Source of the DNA: an uncultured Actinomycetes bacterium
GTDB lineage: Bacteria; Actinomycetota; Thermoleophilia; RBG-16-64-13
Length of the DNA: 64,000 nucleotides
Assembly (NCBI GenBank): GCA_963841735.1
Contig: CAWJDT010000001.1
Location: 864,001 to 928,000, forward strand
Direction: 5' to 3'
The position numbers were made by a program, and so were the translations under genes. The notes under the pieces are model-generated. The model saw only the letters and a program-made list of their open reading frames with translations. It was not told where the DNA came from and ran no database searches. Shown piece by piece: positions 9,882-18,700 of the stretch. Position 1 is the stretch's first letter, and each line of letters begins with the position of its first letter.

Positions 9882-10318
9882 TGTTGCTCACGCCCTCCAG
9901 ACCAAGGGGCGTTTTTCGGAGCACTACCGGCCAGCAACGACTCCACCCGCTCAGCAAGAACAGCCAACTTCACGGGCTTTTCGAGGAAGGCCTCCGCCGG
10001 CAGATCCTGGCCCATCAGCGAGGCGAGCACCTTGTCGCGCACGTCGGCCTGGACGTTGAAGCCGGACAGCATGAGTATGGGGATGTCGCGCGTGGGGCCG
10101 TCGGTCTTGAGGGCGCCGGCCAGCACCATGCCCTCTTCGTCGTAGTCCATCATCACGTCTAGGATGATGAGGTCGGGGCGGTCTCCGACGATGCGGGCGT
10201 AGGCCTCCTTGCCGTTGGCCGCCGTCTTCACCTCGAATCCGCGGGCCGTGAGGAAGGCGTCTATCGACGCCACCAGATCACGGTCGTCGTCAACGACTAG
10301 GATCTTCTTGTTATCCAT
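9878..10318 (-). CDS. Single-domain response regulator (receiver only)
   Basis: Start set at ATG 10318 (GAGGAAG SD); 'ILVVDDD', 'ILDVMM', 'MLSG', 'FLEKPV'; 4-nt overlap with the hydC start. Confidence 0.88.
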   Translation of the reverse strand: MDNKKILVVDDDRDLVASIDAFLTARGFEVKTAANGKEAYARIVGDRPDLIILDVMMDYDEEGMVLAGALKTDGPTRDIPILMLSGFNVQADVRDKVLASLMGQDLPAEAFLEKPVKLAVLAERVESLLAGSAPKNAPWSGGREQQ

Positions 10319-10363
10319 CGCTTCTTCCTCGCACTTTCGACTGGGGCACGGTCCCTGCATGAA

Positions 10364-11032
10364 TCACTGTGTTTCCTCGCTCCGCCGGCTCAAGAAGGTG
10401 ACTTTTTCCAATCTGGCGGAGATGTCAAGCGGTTCGATGAAGCACCCGGGGGGCGCGGTCAGCGTCGTAGGGACGAAGTTCAGAAATCCTCGGACTCCGG
10501 CCGCCGCGGCTCTGTCCACGACCGACTGCAGTCCCTCGTCCCGCGCGGCAAGGATGAGCACACGGAGACCCGCGTCGCTGGTGATCTTCTCCAGATCGTC
10601 CAGGTGGTAGCAGCGGCAACCAGCAAAGACTTTGCCAACCTTGTCCGGGTCGATATCGAAGGCCGCCGCTATGCGGAAGCCGCGCTCCTCAAACCCGCGG
10701 TAGGAGAGGAGGGCCCTCCCCAAGTAGCCCACACCCACCAGGGCGATGCTCTGGACCTCGTCGGTGCCGATGATCTCGCTGATAGTCCGCGACATCTGGC
10801 GAACATCATAGCCCCGGGCGATGTTGCCGAAGGTGCCGAAACTGGCCAGGTCGCGCCGCAGCTGGGCCGGAGTGACTCCTACCAGAGCAGCAAGCCGGTG
10901 GGAGTAGATGAACTCCACTCCGTCGTGATTGAGCGCTTCCAAGGCGCGCCGATAGGTGCTAAGCCGCTCCACCGTGTGGAGGGAGACTTTGCGTTCTCTC
11001 GGGGCCGGGTCTTGCGCCATTGGTACACACAT
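10364..11032 (-). CDS. rex: Redox-sensing (NADH/NAD+) transcriptional repressor Rex
   Basis: wHTH 'TVERLSTY...AQLRRDLASFGTFG...GYDV'; Rossmann 'LVGVGYLGRAL', 'AAFD', 'LNFVP'. Start may be ATG 11020. Confidence 0.93.
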   Translation of the reverse strand: MCVPMAQDPAPRERKVSLHTVERLSTYRRALEALNHDGVEFIYSHRLAALVGVTPAQLRRDLASFGTFGNIARGYDVRQMSRTISEIIGTDEVQSIALVGVGYLGRALLSYRGFEERGFRIAAAFDIDPDKVGKVFAGCRCYHLDDLEKITSDAGLRVLILAARDEGLQSVVDRAAAAGVRGFLNFVPTTLTAPPGCFIEPLDISARLEKVTFLSRRSEETQ

Positions 11033-11039
11033 CCTCTAG

Positions 11040-11071
11040 TGTGCCGCGTTTCACAGTGAATATAATCACAG
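11040..11071. promoter_or_regulatory. Tandem Rex operator-like sites overlapping the rex-hyd operon promoter
   Basis: TGTGCCGCGTTTCACA (11040-11055) and CAGTGAATATAATCACAG (11054-11071) resemble the Rex consensus TTGTGAA-N4-TTCACAA; a perfect minus-strand TTGACA lies at 11089-11084 with an AT-rich -10 inside the second site. Confidence 0.75.
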
Positions 11072-11144
11072 TAGGCCGACCGGTGTCAACTGGGCAAGCG
11101 CATGGCGCTCACGAGCGGCTGAAGTCTCTTGATACGATGGCGCT

Positions 11145-11867
11145 GTGGAACCGAGCGAAAACATCTTGGTCATCGTTCCGGCTCACAACGAGGGCCCGCG
11201 GATCGGGGCCGTCGTGCGGGCCGTGGTCGAGCAGGGCCTGCCCGTGCTGGTGGTGGATGATGGCTCCGGCGATGACACCGCCGGTGTGGCGCGCGCCGCG
11301 GGCGCGCGCGTGCTTGCTCTGCAGCCCAATCGGGGCAAAGGAGGGGCGCTGAAGGCGGGCTTCGTCGAGGCGCTGGCCGAAGCCCCCGGGGGAACTCCCT
11401 GGGCCGGCCTCCTCACGCTCGACGGGGACGGCCAGCACGACCCGGCCGAGCTTCCGGCGTTCTTGGAGGTTTGGAACACCCGCGGCGCCGATCTGGTGAT
11501 CGGCGCCCGTGACTACAAAGAGATGCCCCCCATAAGGTGGTTTACCAACACGCTCAGCCGGAAGCTGTTCTCATGGGCGGTGGGAGAGGACGTTCCCGAC
11601 AATCAATCCGGCTATCGGCTGCGCTCGCGGCGGCTGGCCGAGGCGACACTGGCCAGCAGCGAGCAGGGCTTCGCGTTTGAAGTCGAGGAGATCGCCATCT
11701 GTGTGGGGCGCCGGTACGGTCTTGCCTGGGTGCCCATCAAGACCATCTACGGGACAGAAGTGAGCGATATCCGGCCGTGGTCGCACTTCACCGGCTTCAT
11801 GCGGGTCATCTTCCGGGCACGCAAACGGGTGAAGCGGGAGCGAAGGGCGTCGTCTACTCGGCTGTGA
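11145..11867 (+). CDS. Glycosyltransferase family 2 (DPM1-like)
   Basis: 'VIVPAHNEG', 'VVDDGSGDDT', 'NRGKGGAL', 'TLDGDGQHDP', 'DNQSGYR'. Confidence 0.88.
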   Translation: MEPSENILVIVPAHNEGPRIGAVVRAVVEQGLPVLVVDDGSGDDTAGVARAAGARVLALQPNRGKGGALKAGFVEALAEAPGGTPWAGLLTLDGDGQHDPAELPAFLEVWNTRGADLVIGARDYKEMPPIRWFTNTLSRKLFSWAVGEDVPDNQSGYRLRSRRLAEATLASSEQGFAFEVEEIAICVGRRYGLAWVPIKTIYGTEVSDIRPWSHFTGFMRVIFRARKRVKRERRASSTRL

Positions 11868-12504
11868 TCGGGCCCCGGATGGCGTCGATGGGGTGACTCT
11901 CGTTGCCGATGCTGACGTAGGCCTCGCCGTCCTCAATAAGGGCGATCAGGTCGGCGATGGTGCCTCCTTGGAGCGGACCGGTCAGATCGTCGGCAGCGAT
12001 GGTGCCCTGGGCCAATATCCCATCGAAGTTGCCTTCCTTGGCCGGACCCGCGAACAGCGTGTAGACCGTGGCGCCGTCTTCGCCCGGTAGTCCCTTGCCG
12101 ATGGTGGCCACCGATGCATTCGAGATTTGGTAAGTGAGTTCCAGGGTAAACGCCATCTCTTTGGCGGCAGAATCGTAGTCGAGCGTGAGAACGGCGGTGG
12201 CCTGGGTGGTCACGGCCGGTACCGAGTCGGCTCCTGTGAGATCGGCCGTGTAGATGGCAGAAGGCAGAACGGCGGTCGTGGACCCAGTGGTAGAAGCGCC
12301 CGAGCCGTCGTCCCCTCCGCACGAGCGGGCAGCTAGGACGATTATCAGTACGAGCAAGACCACGACGCCGGCAAAGAATACAAGCCGGCGTCTTTGCACC
12401 TGGGCGGTGTGTTGCCTGCGCGCCCGCGCTTTGGCTTCTCTCTGACGGTCGATGTCGGGCTGCATGAATGGCTCTCCGTGGTGCGGCATGAGTGCAAAGA
12501 ACAC
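11854..12504 (-). CDS. Membrane-anchored CHRD-domain protein
   Basis: Single N-terminal TM, Thr/Ser linker, CHRD-like 'ADLTGADSVPAVTTQATA...LIALIEDGEAYV...AIRGPI'. Start probably ATG 12465. Confidence 0.7.
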   Translation of the reverse strand: MFFALMPHHGEPFMQPDIDRQREAKARARRQHTAQVQRRRLVFFAGVVVLLVLIIVLAARSCGGDDGSGASTTGSTTAVLPSAIYTADLTGADSVPAVTTQATAVLTLDYDSAAKEMAFTLELTYQISNASVATIGKGLPGEDGATVYTLFAGPAKEGNFDGILAQGTIAADDLTGPLQGGTIADLIALIEDGEAYVSIGNESHPIDAIRGPITAE

Positions 12505-12630
12505 GACTCTGACAGTTTACCCGATGCATGTGGTCGGGGGTTACAGCTGTAATTTGAGCGGTGATCGTGAGTTTGGCCGGGGTGTCCAGACCAAGGAGTC
12601 GTGCCCTGGGTGGGAACGAAGGGAAGCTAC

Positions 12631-12660
12631 TTGACACAAACCCATAGACTTCATTAGAGT
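12631..12660 (+). promoter_or_regulatory. Candidate housekeeping-sigma promoter of the RHS gene
   Basis: TTGACA (12631-12636), N18, TAGAGT (12655-12660, TAnnnT type), about 100 nt upstream of ATG 12764. Confidence 0.5.
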
Positions 12661-12763
12661 GGTCGCGGCGTCTGATAGACGGCGCCCGTACCTACCTGCC
12701 GGCTCTCGGCGTAAGGTGCGAGTGTTGCTTCGGTACTCACATTGTTCTGATATTGGGGGGGAC

Positions 12764-15700
12764 ATGTACCGCACTCGCCGCTTGGCTCCGTTCGCCTACG
12801 TTCTTCTGCTGGTCTTCCTTGTTTTGACGTTCGCTCTGGGTTCGGCCGCGCCGGCGACCGCCGAGCAGGGGGAGACCTCCGCCCAGCCCGTGGCTCCGGC
12901 CGGGGAAACAGTCTCCGCCGGACCGGTCGCGGCTCATGCTGAGATCCTGAGCACCCCTGTTCCGGTCAGGGAGCTCACTGAAAAGCGCACAGAGACATCC
13001 CGGACCTATCTTCTCTCCGACGGAACCAAGCAGGCGGAGATCTTCCAGAGGCCCATCAACTATCAGGACGCCAATGGACATTGGCAGCCCATAGACGCGC
13101 GCCTGGTTCCCGGCAGTCTGCCCGGCACCTATGAGTCGGCCTCCACAGCGGTCAAGGTGGGCATCTCCCTTGACAAGGCCAAAGCCCAGCCTCTCGTGTC
13201 CCTGGCCTACGACGGGGCTTTGGTTACCCTGCGGCCGGTGGCCTTCCCCGGGATGGGTCGCATCAGTGCCCCTTCGGTGGTTGGGACCAAGGCCAAGTTC
13301 GGCTGGGCCTGGGCCGGCCCGGTTCTCTCCTACGAAGTGATCGAGGAGGGAGTGAAGGAGACCATCACCCTGCCGTCGGCTGGAAGCCCCGACACCTATG
13401 TCTTTGCCATCGATCACGCTGGTCTTGCTCTCAAACAGGACGAAACCGGTCAGTGGGGCCTCTACAAACCGGGCGAGATCACCCCTGCGCTCGTGCTGGG
13501 TGATCTTCTTGTCTACGACTCATCCATTGACGAGACCGGCTCTCCCGCGGTAGCCGGTGGCGCCGAAATGACGCTTGAGGTGGGCAAGGACCAAAGCACC
13601 GCCACCATCACCGTGCCCAAGGAGTGGCTCACCGACCCCTCCCGGGTGTTCCCGGTAGTGATCGACCCCACCGTGACCCGCTACGCCGCGGGCGACACCT
13701 ACATCTCCAGCCTGTATCCCAACACTTCCTACAACTCGGCGACCGCGCTTAAGGTGGGTTACTACGACGCCACCACCGGCTGGAACAAGGCCCTGGTCAA
13801 GTTCTACCTGCCGTCCGATCTTACCGACGGCGGGGGCGGATATGTGATCAGCGCCAATCTCAAGCTCTACCAGCACCTGCAGTACTACGCCGGCCAGGCC
13901 ATGCCCACCCATGTAGGCATGATGACCAAGACCTGGACCGGTTTGAGCACCTGGAACTCGCTCGGCAGCTACGCCATCACCGACGCCAAGACCATAAGCG
14001 TGGCCATGAATACCTGGCTCGATCTTCCTTGCGCGGACATGGTGCAGAAGTGGGCCAGCGGCATCGCGTCAAACTACGGCTTTGTCGTCTACCAGATGCC
14101 GGCCACCGAAGGGCAGACCTACTGGCGCCAGTTCCGCTCCAGCGAGTATTCGGATGTGAACTACCGGCCTCGCTTGGTCATCAACTACACCACGGTCTAC
14201 GACGTCAAGGCGGACTACGCGGCGGTGGGCGACGGTACTCACGACGACACCACCAACATCCAGAACGCCATAGATGCCGCTGCTGCCGCCGGAGGGGGCC
14301 GCGTCTTCTTCCCGGCCGGCACCTACCGCACCACCCAGCCTCTGCAGCTGGACGTAAGCTACGTGACCCTAGAAGGCACGGGAGCCTCAAGCGTTCTTAA
14401 GGCGAGCGGAGCCAGCCAGACCGAAGTGGTTGCGATTGGATCGAATGTCGGCGCGGTGTCGGGCCTGAGTGTAAAGTCGCTTGGTATCCAGGTGCCCAAC
14501 GGTGGATATGGGGTCAAGGTCACCGGTGCCGGTGGCGGCACCACCATAGCTATTGCCTACAACACCTTCACCGGGGCTCTGGTAGACAACGAAAGTTCCG
14601 GGGTCCAAGCCGACGCCAACTTCAACAATGTCACGGTGCTGGGCAACGACTTTTCCGGCTTGGGGGCCTTGCCTCTCAATCTGACTGTGTCTTGGTCGGG
14701 GCGGAGCGTGAGCGGTAACACTCTGCCCGTCTCCCAGTCGTACCGTCCCGATCTTCTCTGGGGGGCCAATCGCTACGACACCGCCGTCAGGCTCTCCAAA
14801 GCCGGTTATCCGAACGGAGCGGCCGCCGCGGTCTTGGTCAGCGGCGAGAACTACCCCGATGCCCTTTCCGTGGCTCCGCTCGCGGTGGCCTATGACGGGC
14901 CCACGCTTCTTACCTACGCCTCAGCGCTCACTGTGGACACGGCCAGCGAACTGCGGCGCCTGAATCCCAGCCAAGTGTTCGTCGTGGGCCTCGGCACCAC
15001 CGTCCAGAACGCGGTCAAGGAAGCTCTTCCCACCGCCACGGTCACAGCCATCGTGGGCACCGATCGCTACGACACGGCCGCTCGGGTAGCGGTGCAGCTC
15101 AAGGCCAAGCTGGGTACCGTGAGCAAGGTGGTGGTGGTCCCTGGGGACAACTACCCGGACGGACTCACGGTGGGGCCGCTCGCCGCTCAGAAGGGCTGGG
15201 CCATCCTTCTTACGCCGGCCGCCGGTCCTTTGCCTACCGTAACCTACAACTGCTACCACACGACTCTGGGCGTGAGTAGTGCTCTAGAGGTGGGCACCAG
15301 CGTCGCTCTTCCCTATATCACCAACCTCACCCAGATCACCGGCTCTGACCGGTATGACACCTCCACGCATGTGGCCGAATATGCCGAGACCCTAGATGGC
15401 AAAGTGGTGTTTAACCACATGGGCCTTGCTACCGGCGACAACTACCCCGATGCCTTGGCTGTCGGCTCCTATCTGGGCAAGGATGACGGGCTACTTCTGC
15501 TCACCAATGGGGACGCCGCTACCGCTTCGGTCACGGCCGAGTTGGACGACCATTTCTCCTGGCTTGACGAGCTCACCTACGTTGCCCTTCCCAATTCTTG
15601 GGTTGCCGACCAGAACTCGGGCTTGTATCGCGAACCGGCACCCCAGCACACCGCATACGATCTGGGTGAGTTCGCCGATCATGATACGACCGCCACCCTG

Positions 15701-18700
15701 GACAGGGGTCGCCTGAACGTTGGTACCGTTGACCTCGGGATCGCCTCGTTTGGGCCGATGGCAGCTCTTGATCGCACCTACTCATCTGGGGTCACCACCG
15801 CCGGCTATTTCGCCCCCGGCTGGCGCTTTGGCTTCGAGCGTTCTTTGACCTTCGTGGACGCTACTCTTACCCGCTATTCAGATGAAGCGGGGGAAAGCTG
15901 TGCCTTTGTGAAGAGCGACCCGGCAAGTAGCGTCTGGTCCCCGCCCTCCGGCATGAGTGCCAAGCTGGCACATGGAACCACCAACTGGACGCTCACGTTC
16001 CCGGGAACCGGGGCCGTCCTTACCTTCGACGGGACCTCGGGCAAGCTCCTCTCGGAGGCCGACCGCAACGGAAACGCCGTCACCTACACCTGGAGCTCCG
16101 GCTACTGCACAGCGATAACTGCAGCCAACGGCCAGCAAATCCAACTGACTCTCAACGCCAGTCACAAGCTGACCCAGGCAACGTATGCTACTGCACATGG
16201 TACACGGCAGGTGAGCTACGCGACGGCTGCCCCTTGGACCATCACCTGCTACCCGGGCACCTCGCTCTCGCATAGCCTCACCTACAGCTACAACGGCTCC
16301 AGCCAGCTGTCGGGCATGACTGCCACCAACTTCACGGGAACGACGGCTGCGACCGAGAGCTTCCTCTATACAAGCGGGGCTTTGACTGAGGTGCGTTTCC
16401 CCGACTACACGACGGTGGCCACCTTCCCGGACTACAACAACAGTAGCTCAGACGCCAAGGCCACCATCGCCTATAACGGGCAAAGTGCCACCATCAGCCG
16501 TTGGGGCTGCGTCTATGCCAGTACAGCCCCGACGGGACAGACAGGGACTCAGGTGGTCAAGAGTGTGAGCTGGGACTCGCGCGGGGCCATGGTGGGCGAA
16601 ACCAACTTCAAGGTTGCATCAGAGTCCGGCAATCAGACCTGGTCATACACCCTGTCTGCGCTCAACGAGGCGGTTCTTGTAACTACGACGCCCCTCACTA
16701 CCCTCTACTCGGCAAGCTATACCCCGCAGCTTCTTGTGGGCAGCACCACGGATGCCGGGGGGGCGACGGTTTCGGTGACCTACGGTGATCCAACCACGGT
16801 CAACTCCGATCTGCCACTCACGGTCACGGACAGCCTGGGTTCCACCACCTACTACGGCTACGATGGGGCGGGGAATCCCACCGAGGTCACCAAGGAACTC
16901 ACCGAGGAAGGCGACCTGGGCGTGACCCGTTGTACCTACGCAAACGTCACGGTGGGCTCGGCCACCTACCGTGGCGCGCTTGTGCAGGAACGGAAGCTCA
17001 TCAGCGGCACCGCCCAGAACGGTATCTGGGCTGTCACCGACTACAACACCGACGGTTACTACCCCAACGGCCAACCCAAGAAGACCGTTTACCGGGACGT
17101 GGCTCTCTATGACGGACAGGTTGACCCGCCAGACCTGACCGTGACGGAAAGCTACGACGCTCTGGGGAACCTCTTGACGAGGACCGATACGAGCGGCCAG
17201 GTGGCCGAGACGAACACCTACGACCTCGCGGGCCGGCTGCTCACCAGCACCGGACCGGCCTTCACCGCCACGGTGAGCGGCAGCCCGGTGTCCACCCAGG
17301 TGGTCTCTCACAACGTCTATGACGCCTGGGGCCATCTGGTGGAATCCTATGAAACCTCCAGCGTCGACACTAGCGGCACCAAGGCCAACTGGACCACTAC
17401 GACCTACGATACCTGTGGCCGCGCCAGGCAGGTGAAGACGTGGCTCTTCGGCTCTCCGCCACCTTCGGCCACACCCGCAAACACGCTCACGTTTGCGTAC
17501 GATGGATTGGGGCGGCAGATCACCGAGAGCGACAGCACGATCAGCGGCCTTCCTTCTCTATCGTCCTATGATGCCCAAGGCAACGTGGTCGCCTCCTGGG
17601 CGTCCAGAGCCTGCTCCACGACCTACGATCTGGTGAAGGCAACGCGCAGTGTGACCGATGCCGGCTCCCCAGCCTACGATGCTCTCGGGAACGCTCTTCG
17701 AAGCGCACCACCTGGTGGGAATCCAACAACCTACACCTACTACGATAGCGGGCAGATACATGTCGAGACACAACCTGATGGTACTTCCATTACCTACACA
17801 TACGACGAGGCTGGGAATACCTCCCAGGAAGTCTCCAGCGAGAGCGGCACCATAAGCTACGCTTACGATTTGGCCAGTTGCTGCCTTTCCGCGACCACCG
17901 CGGCCGGTCTCACCACGGACTTCGGCTATGACCTGCTCGGTCAGCAGGTCTCAGCCGGAGCGGACGGCCAAGCTTCTTCACAGGTGACCTACAACACCCA
18001 GGGTTGGGCGCTCAAGACCGCCGATGCCGATGGATTCACAAGCACCCGGACCTACGACGCAGCTGGCCAGGTGGTCTCAGAGGCGGTCCAAGGGGCGACC
18101 ACCCTATCCACCTACGACTTCGCCGGCCACCTCACCCTCCAGGCCGATCCCGAAGACCGGCAGACCGACATCACCTACGACCTCTTCGGACGAGCTAGCG
18201 AGACCGTTCAGACCCTGCCCGGCAGTCCCCGAGTCCTCATCAGCGACGCGGTGGTGGTCTTTGACTCCCTAGGCCGTCCCACGCAGAGCACCGATAGCGT
18301 CCGCGGTCTTGCCCACAGCTATACCTACCCGCAGAACACCCCTAGCGTCACCAGCGAAGTGAGCGCGGTAGGTGCCACCGGTAGTGGCCTGGTCACCAGC
18401 GCCGTGAGCATCGGAACGAACGGACTGGAAGTGAGCCGCAGCGTCCAGGTGGAAAGTAGTCCGCAGATTCCGACCATCCTTCGCAGCGTCGATACCCGCG
18501 ACACCGCCCAACGGGTGACCAAGGCCACCATAGACGCCGGGGCGGTAACCGATATCTACGCGCAGTACCTATACGACTCCGCCGGTCGGCTGCAGCGGCA
18601 ATGGGGACCCAGTACTGGAGCGGGCTCTGGTTACCTATCCACCGCTCCCAGTACCAACGCCTATACCTACAGTCCCGCCACGGGTCTAAAGACAGCCGAC

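Noticed and set aside
12659-12763. Longer RHS start and hairpins in the putative 5' leader
   Set aside because: ATG 12764 has an SD and gives a clean signal peptide; the leader hairpins (12664-12720) are short, GC-rich and match no riboswitch I recognise.
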